Positions 45,598 to 54,447 of a stretch of DNA of 64,000 bases are shown here, piece by piece. Below the pieces are notes generated by a model. That model saw only the letters and a list, made by a program, of their open reading frames with translations. It was not told the origin of the DNA and ran no database searches. The DNA is taken from positions 43,420-107,419 of IMG/VR virus record IMGVR_UViG_3300025913_000025; one strand, written 5' to 3'. Position 1 is the stretch's first letter, and every line of letters starts with the position of its first letter. This DNA comes from a virus. The translations under genes and the position numbers were made by a program.

Positions 45598-46914
45598 ATG
45601 TGGATCAATCTCCCGCCGACGTCATCAACGCCATCTCGGTCTGCTCCGGAGGAGCCGGCCTCGAGCTTGGAGTTGCGCTCGCTCTGGGACAACTGCGCAC
45701 TCGATGCTACGTCGAACGGGAAGCCCATGCGATTTCGTACCTTCTTCGGCTTATGGACGCGGACATCCTGGCTCAAGCTCCTGTATGGACGAATCTCCGA
45801 ACCTTCGACGGCAAGCCGTGGCGTGGAAGCGTGGATTGCCTCATGGGCGGTTATCCCTGCCAACCGTTCTCGCTCGCTGGCAGAAGACTTGGACGAGACG
45901 ATCCAAGACATTTGTGGCCGTCGATCCATCGAATCCTTGGCGAAGTCGAACCGGCACTCTGTTTTTTCGAGAACGTGTCCGCCCATCTCAGCCTCGGATT
46001 CGACGAGGTCGCCCGAGACCTTGAAGGATTGGGCTATCAGGTTGCGGCTGGCCTCTGGACGGCGGCGGAAGTTGGCGCGAGCCACAAGCGAGAGCGCCTG
46101 TTCATCCTGGGCTACGCCGATCGCTTCGATTGCCACAGGCGCAGGGCTTCATGGCTCTCAGTCGCCAAATCTACAGACGCAGGTGTCGCTCTGGCCGACG
46201 CCAATAGTCCACGGGAACGCCAACAAGCCGTCAGAGGGAACCGAGAGCGGAACTGGACTGCGAACGGCGGCGGTTCTTTGGACAACGCCGATGGCGCAGG
46301 ACGGAGAATCACCCGAGACGTGGTTGGCCAGGCGGGAGATGCTGAAAGCGGCCGGCCAAAACGGGAACGGCTGCGGCACGCCTCTGGCGATCGCTGCGAT
46401 GATGTGGCCGACACCGACGACAAGCCGCAATCACAACAAGCCCGGCGAGCGAACGCACGGAGGAGCGGGATTACCGGGAGCGGCAACCAACTGGCCGACA
46501 CTAATGGCAAGGGACGGCAAATCCAGTCAGGTGAGCGATGCCACTCTGAACAAGGGTGGTCGCCCGTTGAACGAGATTGCGGTCAATTGGTCTACACCTC
46601 GCGCAACGGACGGCGAGAAGGGCGGACCGAATCAGAGCTTCGGAGCGGGCGGGACACCGTTGCCGACTCAAGCTTGCCAATTTTCCCGCCAGGTCCCGGA
46701 GAGTTCGACCGATGGCGTGACATCCTTGGCGAAGACGAAACGCTCGCTCCGGCTGTCTCCAAGATTTACCTGTTGGCTAATGGGCTGGCCATTGATCGGG
46801 CGAGATTACTCCGTCTGTTCGGAAACGGAGTGGTCCCTTTACAGGCTGCGGTTGCGTTCTGCTCTCTCTGGTCTGCTCTCCGGCAACCCGCCGAGCAACC
46901 AAAGACCCAGTTAG
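45598..46914 (+). CDS. Overlapping-frame methyltransferase partner (beta-like) with a W-x-T-P repeat array and motif IX
   Basis: Six W(A/P/T/S)T(P/L) units and RLSPRFTCWLMGWP; ATG 45598 shares the GGAGG RBS. Confidence 0.75.
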   Translation: MWINLPPTSSTPSRSAPEEPASSLELRSLWDNCALDATSNGKPMRFRTFFGLWTRTSWLKLLYGRISEPSTASRGVEAWIASWAVIPANRSRSLAEDLDETIQDICGRRSIESLAKSNRHSVFSRTCPPISASDSTRSPETLKDWAIRLRLASGRRRKLARATSESACSSWATPIASIATGAGLHGSQSPNLQTQVSLWPTPIVHGNANKPSEGTESGTGLRTAAVLWTTPMAQDGESPETWLARREMLKAAGQNGNGCGTPLAIAAMMWPTPTTSRNHNKPGERTHGGAGLPGAATNWPTLMARDGKSSQVSDATLNKGGRPLNEIAVNWSTPRATDGEKGGPNQSFGAGGTPLPTQACQFSRQVPESSTDGVTSLAKTKRSLRLSPRFTCWLMGWPLIGRDYSVCSETEWSLYRLRLRSALSGLLSGNPPSNQRPS

Positions 46915-46931
46915 GGTTCTGCTTCGACTGA
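45600..46931 (+). CDS. C5 cytosine DNA methyltransferase, catalytic (alpha-like) polypeptide
   Basis: Motif I SVCSGGAGLELG, IV GGYPCQPFS, VI FENV, VIII HKRERLF, X RLFGNGVV. Confidence 0.93.
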   Translation: MDQSPADVINAISVCSGGAGLELGVALALGQLRTRCYVEREAHAISYLLRLMDADILAQAPVWTNLRTFDGKPWRGSVDCLMGGYPCQPFSLAGRRLGRDDPRHLWPSIHRILGEVEPALCFFENVSAHLSLGFDEVARDLEGLGYQVAAGLWTAAEVGASHKRERLFILGYADRFDCHRRRASWLSVAKSTDAGVALADANSPRERQQAVRGNRERNWTANGGGSLDNADGAGRRITRDVVGQAGDAESGRPKRERLRHASGDRCDDVADTDDKPQSQQARRANARRSGITGSGNQLADTNGKGRQIQSGERCHSEQGWSPVERDCGQLVYTSRNGRREGRTESELRSGRDTVADSSLPIFPPGPGEFDRWRDILGEDETLAPAVSKIYLLANGLAIDRARLLRLFGNGVVPLQAAVAFCSLWSALRQPAEQPKTQLGFCFD

Positions 46932-47026
46932 CCCACGCAACGAATGGGGTAGCATCATCGATGTTCGTTGGCTACCATCGGCCAAACGTCAACCGTGATT
47001 CTCTCAAACGACAACGGAGTCAACGA

Positions 47027-47731
47027 ATGCGACGTGTCTTTCTTCTCGCCGCGGTGATCCTCGGAATGGCCGCCCCGGCGCAAGCGCAATGCGGACTGCT
47101 TGGCCGGATCTTCCATCGCCGTTCGCAGGCGCAGGTATCCGCTTGCTACAGCACACGAGCGACGGCTTGCTACAGTTCCGCCCAGGTCCAACCGACCTAC
47201 GCCGCGCCGGCAGTCTACGAGCAGACGTTCCAGGTCGTCACACCGACACCTCAGGCGCTGGCCGTCCCCCAGAAATCGCTTCCCTTACCGACCGCTCCAG
47301 CCAAGAGCACACCGCAGGCTTCGCCCCAGGCCTCCCCGCAGGCGCCGCCGAAGGTTCCCCCGAATTCGCGCCATCGCGGGCATACGGAGCTAGCTCCCCC
47401 TATTGCACCTGCGCCGGTTCCGGTCGTGGTCGTGACGGATCCTTACGGCTTTCACGTCTATCTGAATGACTACCGCGCGCGAGCAGGCCTTCGGCCGCTT
47501 CGTTACTCGGCGCACCTCGCCGGCTGGGCTTATCAGAATAGCCTTCGAGGATTCGGTCATTTCATTCGCGTGGGCCGGCGTCAGAACGCTGCGGCGGGAC
47601 AGGCGAACGCGCAGGCTGTCGCCGCCCAATGGATGAACTCCCCGGCGCATCGAGACGCGATGCTCGACCCGACGGTCACAACCTACGGGATCGCGGTCGC
47701 GAACAATGCCTGGACACTAAATCTTGATTAG
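47027..47731 (+). CDS. Secreted CAP/SCP-domain protein
   Basis: Signal peptide ending AQA; LNDYRARAGLRPL...QWMNSPAHRDAML. Confidence 0.85.
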   Translation: MRRVFLLAAVILGMAAPAQAQCGLLGRIFHRRSQAQVSACYSTRATACYSSAQVQPTYAAPAVYEQTFQVVTPTPQALAVPQKSLPLPTAPAKSTPQASPQASPQAPPKVPPNSRHRGHTELAPPIAPAPVPVVVVTDPYGFHVYLNDYRARAGLRPLRYSAHLAGWAYQNSLRGFGHFIRVGRRQNAAAGQANAQAVAAQWMNSPAHRDAMLDPTVTTYGIAVANNAWTLNLD

Positions 47732-47758
47732 GACATCAAGACATCATGATAACACAAC

Positions 47759-47793
47759 GAGGGACGTGACGACCGACAATCGTCACGTCCCTC
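47759..47793. promoter_or_regulatory. Perfect 14-bp hairpin upstream of an HNH gene
   Basis: GAGGGACGTGACGA/TCGTCACGTCCCTC. Confidence 0.6.
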
Positions 47794-47816
47794 TAACCCT
47801 ACCCTCTTGAAAGGAG

Positions 47817-48371
47817 ATGGGCATGGTTCGGAAGCATTATCCAGATTTGAACTTCGTTAGGGAATGCTTTGAGGAAAAAGACGGGAGATTGTTTTGGAGA
47901 ACACGGCCGCTTAATCACTTCAAAAGGGAACGGCTTCATCGATCATTCAACACGCGGTGGGCAGGCAAAGAGGCTGGAAGTTGTGGCGTTGATTTTGGAA
48001 AATACGAACGTGTGTCTGCGCACGTTTTGGGTGTTTTTATTTTGCGGTCGACAATTGTTTGGGCTTTCCACAACAACCGCTGGCCAGACGGTGAAATCGA
48101 TCACAAAGACAGCAACACGTTGAACGACAACATCAGCAATCTTCGCCAGGCAACGAAATCACAGAACCAAGCAAATCGTCGTCTTGGACGCAATAGCACT
48201 ACGGGATCCAAGGGCGTTTACAGAGCAGCGACTCCAGGCAAGTGGATTGCCAAAATCGGATTCTCCGGCAGAAAGCGTCACCTCGGAACTTTTGCAACCA
48301 AGGAACTTGCAGAGACGGCGTACATTGAAGCCGCAAAAACCTTCTTTGGCGAGTTTGCAAACCCAGGCTGA
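47817..48371 (+). CDS. HNH endonuclease with AP2 domain
   Basis: IDHKDSNTLNDNISNLR...NQAN...KGV...KWIAKI...HLGTF. Confidence 0.92.
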   Translation: MGMVRKHYPDLNFVRECFEEKDGRLFWRTRPLNHFKRERLHRSFNTRWAGKEAGSCGVDFGKYERVSAHVLGVFILRSTIVWAFHNNRWPDGEIDHKDSNTLNDNISNLRQATKSQNQANRRLGRNSTTGSKGVYRAATPGKWIAKIGFSGRKRHLGTFATKELAETAYIEAAKTFFGEFANPG

Positions 48372-48519
48372 TCACTCATCTCGTGATCGATCCTTGAACC
48401 AACTCCCCCGATTCGCTCCGGCGAGCGGACTGTTTGGACGGAACGCCGTGGCTCCGGTCACGGCGTTTTCGTTGGTTGTGAAATCGACGGAAACAGCGTA
48501 GCATGGAACACCACAAGCT

Positions 48520-49026
48520 ATGTTTCCGACACGACATGCGTTGAGGAGGTCGCACTTGGGCACCAACGATGTAAGGTTCTATCTCACCGCGATCGTGAGT
48601 GTCACGACTCTGGCCGTGGTCTCGGCGAGCGTGCTCACCCTGGCCGGCGTGAACGAGAGCGTCACAGCGTCGATCGTGGCCCCGGTGGCAGGCTTCTCGG
48701 CGATGATCGTGATCCAGTTTCGGTCGGCCGCCGCGACCAACGCCAAGGTGGAAAACGTTGCCGAGAAAGCGGATCTTGCCGCCGACAATGCGCGCAAGCT
48801 CGCTGCGACGGTGGCGGTTAAAACCCAGGAGCATTCCGACCAGCTCGCCGAGATCAAGCAGACGGCCCAAGAAGTCAAGGCGACGACCGAGGATTTGAAG
48901 GTCAAGGCGGAGCAGATCCAGGCCTCGGCGGACTCCCATGGCGCGGGACTCAACAACCTGGCAGTCGTGCTGCAGGTTACACCGCCGCCGATTTCCGAGA
49001 AATCAGAAAATAGCGGAACAGCCTAG
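48520..49026 (+). CDS. Membrane protein, two TM segments plus coiled coil (holin-like candidate); start uncertain
   Basis: Two hydrophobic stretches followed by heptad repeats. Confidence 0.6.
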   Translation: MFPTRHALRRSHLGTNDVRFYLTAIVSVTTLAVVSASVLTLAGVNESVTASIVAPVAGFSAMIVIQFRSAAATNAKVENVAEKADLAADNARKLAATVAVKTQEHSDQLAEIKQTAQEVKATTEDLKVKAEQIQASADSHGAGLNNLAVVLQVTPPPISEKSENSGTA

Positions 49027-49220
49027 TCTTGTTTGCGGCAATCGAATCGGGTAGTCTGAGCTTACTTCAATCGCCCTCGACCCCGCAAAATACCTCGCCC
49101 CTGGGTTTCTGGGGCAATACGACGAGAAGCGCCGGGACTCTCGGAGAGATCGGCCGGTCAACTAAGAAACGATCTCATCCCGGCAATTCCTTATTCCCCG
49201 CAGAAAGGGGAACATGATGC

Positions 49221-49259
49221 GAGACGCCCGGTTCCGAAAGGTGCCGGGCGTTCTCGTTT
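49221..49259 (+). terminator. Terminator-like hairpin
   Basis: ACGCCCGG/CCGGGCGT stem, GAAA loop, TTCTCGTTT tail. Confidence 0.6.
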
Positions 49260-49268
49260 GGTGATAAG

Positions 49269-49297
49269 TTGACCGATCGGTTCCCCTGTCGTACTCT
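49269..49297 (+). promoter_or_regulatory. Sigma70-type promoter
   Basis: TTGACC-N17-TACTCT. Confidence 0.55.
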
Positions 49298-49332
49298 GAG
49301 GTTGCGATTCTATTCAACCGAAAGGGACCATC

Positions 49333-50181
49333 ATGCGATTCACGATTCGCGAATTTGCATGTTCGCGCCGCTGGTTCGTATACCTGCTGGCACTCGCGCT
49401 ACTCGGAGCATCGGGACACGCGGGAGCTGTCGAGCCAAAGGCCGGCATCAGAGGACCGGCCAAAGCGGGAGCGGGCGAACAGATCACGCTTCAGTTCACC
49501 GCCGTTGCCAGCGACGGCGCGGTCTACCTGAAGTATAAAGGCCCAGGCCTAGTTACTCCCCAGGTGCTTTATACGCAGAATGCGGACGGCACTTACACTC
49601 CGGCTGGAGCGGTCGCCAGCGCTCTTGTGCCCGGGACCTATCAGTTTGCCTTGATCACGAGCGGGACTCCCGACGGAGCGAAGAAGCCGGACGTTGCATA
49701 CGACTCCTGGAACGTGGTGGTGTCGGCTCCAGGTCCTCCGACGCCTCCCGATCCGGTACCGACGCCGACCCCGACCCCGACGCCCACCCCGACTCCAGGC
49801 CCTCCGACGCCAACGCCGACCCCGGCACCAACTCCGATCCCCGCGACGACCGAGCTCTACGCGATTGCTTTGTACACCGGTGACAACACCGATGCGAACG
49901 AGCTCAAGTTCGCGCAGGTGCGCGACGATCCGAGCCTGAAAGCGACGCTTACGGCGCTCAAGGTCGAATGGCGCGCGTGGGACAACGGCAACGCAATGAT
50001 CGACACTCTTAACCTCCGGCCCTACTTCTCGCGGCTCGGAAAGACGCCGGCAATCCTGATCTATGACGCGAACGGGAACGTCTATGACGCGAGCGGACAC
50101 AACACGTCCTCGGCGATTTCGGCACCGATGACAACAAGCGAAATCGTGTCAGTCTTCAAGAAGATTCGAGGTGTTCAATGA
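49333..50181 (+). CDS. Secreted two-domain protein with Pro-Thr linker
   Basis: Signal peptide, Ig-like N-domain, (PT)n linker at ~49735-49845, C-terminal TPAILIYD possibly thioredoxin-like. Confidence 0.7.
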   Translation: MRFTIREFACSRRWFVYLLALALLGASGHAGAVEPKAGIRGPAKAGAGEQITLQFTAVASDGAVYLKYKGPGLVTPQVLYTQNADGTYTPAGAVASALVPGTYQFALITSGTPDGAKKPDVAYDSWNVVVSAPGPPTPPDPVPTPTPTPTPTPTPGPPTPTPTPAPTPIPATTELYAIALYTGDNTDANELKFAQVRDDPSLKATLTALKVEWRAWDNGNAMIDTLNLRPYFSRLGKTPAILIYDANGNVYDASGHNTSSAISAPMTTSEIVSVFKKIRGVQ

Positions 50182-51050
50182 GCCTGATTTTTGAAGGACA
50201 TGACCAATCGCTCGACCTTCCGTTTGTCGATCAGAAAATGCCTGACGGCACAATCGAACGGCGATTCCTGGCGAGACTTCCGACGCCACGGGACCATCCA
50301 ATGATGGCACTTCCGGGTATCGAAGCGGATCCCGCGCTTGTTCCGTTGCCAAAGAGCCAATGGCCGAGCCTCGCCTTCAATCGGGTCCATGAGGAAGTGC
50401 CCATTCTGGACCAGGATGGCAAAGGAGCGTGCGAGGCATTCGACTGGACGTCCTCCTTCATGCTTCTCCGGGCCCGCGCCGGCGCGCCCTACGTTGCGCT
50501 TTCGCCGTGGTTTCTTTACTCCTTGATCAACGGCGGTTTTGACGGCGGATCGAATGCAGGCGATGCCCTCCAAGCTCTTTTGACCACAGGAATTTGCGCC
50601 GACGCGCTCGTGCCAGGCCAACCGATTCGTCCGGCTGGAATCAGTGCCGCCGCAAGAGCCGGTGCGGCGCGGTTCAAACTCAAGGAGGCGATTCAACTTA
50701 CGGCTGGCAACGGCGACGACACGATCGGCCAGGTTCTCGTTGCAGCCGCGATGGGATGGAATATCTCGTGCGACGTTCAGGCAGGTGGCGCGTACAACAC
50801 GAGTTCGGACGGCACGACGGCCTTTCTCGGAGGTAGGACGAACCACGCTCAAACGATCGGGGAAGGAATCCGTTTCGATTCCCAGGGAAATCCCCAGTTC
50901 CGCCACAGAAACTCATGGGGAACGTCGTGGGGACAGGGCGGATTCGGCTGGTTGACGACGCGGCACATTCTGGCATCGCAGGAACTTTACGCGATCCGCT
51001 CGACCATCGAGGATCCCCAAGACCCGGACATGCCGCCACGGCTCGCGTGA
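50178..51050 (+). CDS. Papain-like (C1) cysteine peptidase
   Basis: DQDGKGAC (Q, C), LSPWFLY, NHA (H), RNSWGTSWGQGG (N). Confidence 0.9.
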   Translation: MSLIFEGHDQSLDLPFVDQKMPDGTIERRFLARLPTPRDHPMMALPGIEADPALVPLPKSQWPSLAFNRVHEEVPILDQDGKGACEAFDWTSSFMLLRARAGAPYVALSPWFLYSLINGGFDGGSNAGDALQALLTTGICADALVPGQPIRPAGISAAARAGAARFKLKEAIQLTAGNGDDTIGQVLVAAAMGWNISCDVQAGGAYNTSSDGTTAFLGGRTNHAQTIGEGIRFDSQGNPQFRHRNSWGTSWGQGGFGWLTTRHILASQELYAIRSTIEDPQDPDMPPRLA

Positions 51051-51131
51051 TCCGGTACAATTCCCCTGTCGCGCCGGGTTGTTCTCGGCGCGATGGCATG
51101 CTTCTGGGCTTACCGCAGAATGGAGCTATGA

Positions 51132-51701
51132 ATGCTGTCCGCCTTCCCCCAAGAATTTCCGACATCCGCAGTTCAGGACATCATCGCGACGATCGAGGCC
51201 GGCAACTTCACGACGTCACACGGCGCGCTGATCGAGGATCTCTATGAGATCATCGGATACTTCCTCGGCCAGATCGGCGTGAACCAAAAGAAAACGTTCG
51301 GCCAGGCCGTCACCGGGCCGGCACCGCAATTGATGCGGGACAAGGACGCTATCCCACACCTGAAGGCCTTGCTCGCCTCCGAGGACAATACGCCGGCCAA
51401 GCGGGTGACGGCCTTCCCGCCCGAACTGTATGCACAGCTCGTCACGTGGGCGGTTAAGCTCCTGCTCCAGTTGATCAGCCATGGATCGGGATCGGTGATC
51501 CCCGGTCCGGCCGATCCGAACGCGCCCGCACTTGTTCCTGGCCAGCTCCCTCCGGAGATCAAAGAGGCCAACGAGAATCAGACGCACATCGCGCCGGGGG
51601 CTGTCTACGGTCAACCGACCGCCCAAGAGCAATCCGTACCGCTTCCGGCCGCGGAAGAGGACAAACCACCGGCCAATCCCAACCAGCCGGTCACGGAGTA
51701 A
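51132..51701 (+). CDS. Hypothetical protein
   Basis: GGAG RBS; Pro-rich tail. Confidence 0.65.
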   Translation: MLSAFPQEFPTSAVQDIIATIEAGNFTTSHGALIEDLYEIIGYFLGQIGVNQKKTFGQAVTGPAPQLMRDKDAIPHLKALLASEDNTPAKRVTAFPPELYAQLVTWAVKLLLQLISHGSGSVIPGPADPNAPALVPGQLPPEIKEANENQTHIAPGAVYGQPTAQEQSVPLPAAEEDKPPANPNQPVTE

Positions 51702-51769
51702 GTTCCTTTCGACAAAGAGATTCCGGCCGCGTGTCGCCGGGACAAGAGGCACCGAAGAGGGTCCCCACG

Positions 51770-51991
51770 ATGACGACGCTGATTCTTTGCCTGGCGCTCA
51801 CCGGCCAGTGTTCCGCGGCGGGTTGCTCTGCTCCCCAGGCGGCTTACTACGTCGCCGCTCCGGCCGTGACGTTCTATCAGGCTCCAACCGCCTACACGGT
51901 CGCCGTGACGACGAGGACGACCGTCTTCGCCGCTCCCGGTCGCCCCGTGCGCCGGGTGATCGGGCGATTACTCCACCCCTTCAGGCGTTGA
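51770..51991 (+). CDS. Small secreted protein
   Basis: MTTLILCLALTGQC...RPVRRVIGRL. Confidence 0.55.
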   Translation: MTTLILCLALTGQCSAAGCSAPQAAYYVAAPAVTFYQAPTAYTVAVTTRTTVFAAPGRPVRRVIGRLLHPFRR

Positions 51992-52150
51992 AATCGCGAC
52001 CGCCAGTCCTCGCCTGGTGGTCGCTTTCCTGGTTCTCTCCTCCGTCGTGCTTTGTACCTTTCGGCGGCGGAGGGGAGGACTAAGGGCCCTCCTCGGATAG
52101 TGAAAGGTGCGCAGACGTTCGATCAGTTCCTTCTCTTGGAAAGGTTCAAC

Positions 52151-52447
52151 ATGGACAAGCTCAAGCTCGTGATGTCGGCCAGTCTCGACGAAGCCGGCCC
52201 GCAGACCAACGTGCAGACGATCATCAGCCAGATTACGAGCTTCCTCGAGTCGCTCGGTGGCCGGGTGATCGCCTCAATCAACGTGCAGGCCCTCGAGACG
52301 ATTGCCGAGGGGGCGTTCGTGTCCGGAGGACCGGCCGCCGTGATCCCGGCGCTGGTCAACGGTGTCAGTCAATGGTGCTCGAGCCCCGTCGAGTGCTGGG
52401 CCATCGTCTTCGCGCTCAAGTTCGCCGAGACGTTGCTTCCCGTCTAA
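52151..52447 (+). CDS. Hypothetical protein
   Basis: AAGG RBS. Confidence 0.6.
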   Translation: MDKLKLVMSASLDEAGPQTNVQTIISQITSFLESLGGRVIASINVQALETIAEGAFVSGGPAAVIPALVNGVSQWCSSPVECWAIVFALKFAETLLPV

Positions 52448-52650
52448 CAGCCTTTCCCCGGCGCGTTGTCCAGATCATCGCGCCGGGGTGTTCACCCACG
52501 GAATAGTCAAAGGCGGCGCGGTCAATTATATTGTCCCGAAGGAAACTCTTATGTGGTTCACGGTCCGAAGGGTTTTCGGCCAACCCGAGGGCATCACACG
52601 TGCGGATCTTCAGCGCGAAGCGCATTCACTCCTTCCAAGGGAGTCATGAA

Positions 52651-53232
52651 ATGACAATTTCGCTCGCTTCTGGGCTTGCCCGGGAGCATCGCGAACTGCC
52701 CAAAGACTTGTCACGCGGGCATTTCGAGCGATGGCAAAGTCTTCCCTGTTCGACTCGCGTCCTTTACGCGATCTCAGCAGTCCTGTTTTCGACCTCCATC
52801 GGCGAGGGTCTAGTCTCCATGCAAACAAGCGGCCTTCCCGGGCTGATCATGGCGTTGACGGCCCTATTCACGGCGATCGGGACGTTTTGGCTCGGGAATA
52901 GACGGTTGACGATTTTCGAGCAGAATCAGCGACCGCTCGCAGCTCAAGAGAGGGCACGCACGCGCCACGTGATCGAGGAACGGGACAAACAAATCGCCAA
53001 GCTTGAGGGAAAGCTTCTCGTCACGGAACTTTCGCTCAAGAGGTTGACGGAGCGATTCACCTACCTTGACGATAAGGTGGATGATTTCGAGCGTCACCAC
53101 AATACCGCCGCAAAGGTGATCGATGGTCTCGAGCAGGCGTTTCGGAAAAACGGCATCAGTGACCCGGAAGCCATGGCGCTTCTCGCCGCCTGGCACACCT
53201 CGACGCCACCGATCCGCCACAAGAACGAGTAG
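52651..53232 (+). CDS. Membrane protein with coiled coil (holin/spanin-like candidate)
   Basis: Two hydrophobic segments then a coiled coil; last gene of the + strand block. Confidence 0.6.
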   Translation: MTISLASGLAREHRELPKDLSRGHFERWQSLPCSTRVLYAISAVLFSTSIGEGLVSMQTSGLPGLIMALTALFTAIGTFWLGNRRLTIFEQNQRPLAAQERARTRHVIEERDKQIAKLEGKLLVTELSLKRLTERFTYLDDKVDDFERHHNTAAKVIDGLEQAFRKNGISDPEAMALLAAWHTSTPPIRHKNE

Positions 53233-53268
53233 AAAAAGCATGCTTTTCTCCCCCCGGATGAAAACATG

Positions 53269-53306
53269 ATGCCCGGCACCCTCAGCAAAGAGCGCCGGGC
53301 ATTTTT
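53269..53306. terminator. Terminator between convergent blocks
   Basis: ATGCCCGGC/GCCGGGCAT stem followed by a T run. Confidence 0.7.
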
Positions 53307-53341
53307 GTTACCCGGAAGGGGATGGAAGCGGTTTCATGAAA

Positions 53342-53953
53342 CTATTCGCTGATCAGGTTGGGCTCCGACGGTTTCTGGTCTCGAAGATAGGAAATTGCGA
53401 CCTTCAACGCAATCTTGGGATCGGCCTTGGCTCGACATGAGAGCGAGTAGAACCCAGTCGCGGTTTGCCGCAACACCGCCCAGCCGTCGATCGTCGGTTG
53501 ATATTGTAGATAAACTGTCGGAAGCTCTGCTAACTCGGCGACACGCCGCATCAACGCGTCGATCGATTCATCTTCGCCACCAGCCGCGCGCCATTGATCT
53601 TCGATGCACCCAAGCGTGTCCTCGGGATTAACGACGATCGATTTTCCAACGAGCGTGACGGAGATTGGCCGGTTGAGCGCATAAGCGGCTCTTTGAGCCT
53701 CGACGGCGCCTTCGGAAAATGACGCGTTGCCGAGGTTATAGGGCAACACGTCTGGGCTGTCCTCTTCGGCCTGATTGCAGGCGTTGGCCCATCCCTCGCT
53801 AATCGACAACGGGTTGCAATCCGGATTAATGGTGTGCCGACAACCACGCCAAAGGATCACAGCAGGCTCTCTATAAAGCGTCGCGTTGTAGCAGGCAACT
53901 GCGATCAACTCGCCGGCCGTGAGTTGGCGCGGCGATTCGTCGAAAGTAAGCAT
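53342..53953 (-). CDS. Hypothetical protein with internal two-fold repeat
   Basis: GGAGG RBS; HTINPD...EGW and IVVNPE...DQW. Confidence 0.6.
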   Translation of the reverse strand: MLTFDESPRQLTAGELIAVACYNATLYREPAVILWRGCRHTINPDCNPLSISEGWANACNQAEEDSPDVLPYNLGNASFSEGAVEAQRAAYALNRPISVTLVGKSIVVNPEDTLGCIEDQWRAAGGEDESIDALMRRVAELAELPTVYLQYQPTIDGWAVLRQTATGFYSLSCRAKADPKIALKVAISYLRDQKPSEPNLISE

Positions 53954-53990
53954 TCGTCCTCCGATGAGATGAATTGCGTGAACGTCCAAA

Positions 53991-54419
53991 TCAACTCTGC
54001 GAGAACTTCGGCCGGCGATCTCGCGCCAGGTCCGCCAGGCTCATGACGATCGAATCAAACAGGCCGCGCTCGCTCAGGAGCGGCCCCGTGCCGTCCCATA
54101 AGCCCCGCCAGGGGAACGGGATGAAATCGACGAACCGGCCGCGTCCGTCGAAATAGACCGCCTGCCAGTTGGGCGCGTCGGCCGGATCCTGCAGATAGAA
54201 ATCGACGTGCCCCGCAGGCGACGTCGCGCGGATGAACAAGCCGCCACCATCCTGGAATCCCGCGAACCGGTACTGACTCGAGGGGATTCGTGAGAGCAGC
54301 CCGACCGCGGCGCGGACAATGTCAGTCGTGCTCGTTGGAGCTCCAGCGCCGGCCGGCCACGCGGGAAGAGGATACTCCAGGTCAGCAAATGCGAACTGAG
54401 GGGAAGCCAGGCGAATCAT
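53991..54419 (-). CDS. Hypothetical protein
   Basis: GGAG RBS. Confidence 0.6.
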   Translation of the reverse strand: MIRLASPQFAFADLEYPLPAWPAGAGAPTSTTDIVRAAVGLLSRIPSSQYRFAGFQDGGGLFIRATSPAGHVDFYLQDPADAPNWQAVYFDGRGRFVDFIPFPWRGLWDGTGPLLSERGLFDSIVMSLADLARDRRPKFSQS

Positions 54420-54447
54420 AGGAAGCTCCAAAGAAAGGAAGCGGAGT

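Noticed and set aside
49735-49845. Short tandem repeats (also the 12-bp x3 repeat near 63322-63357) as a CRISPR or DNA-level array
   Set aside because: In-frame low-complexity protein linkers (PT, EEET); no spacer structure
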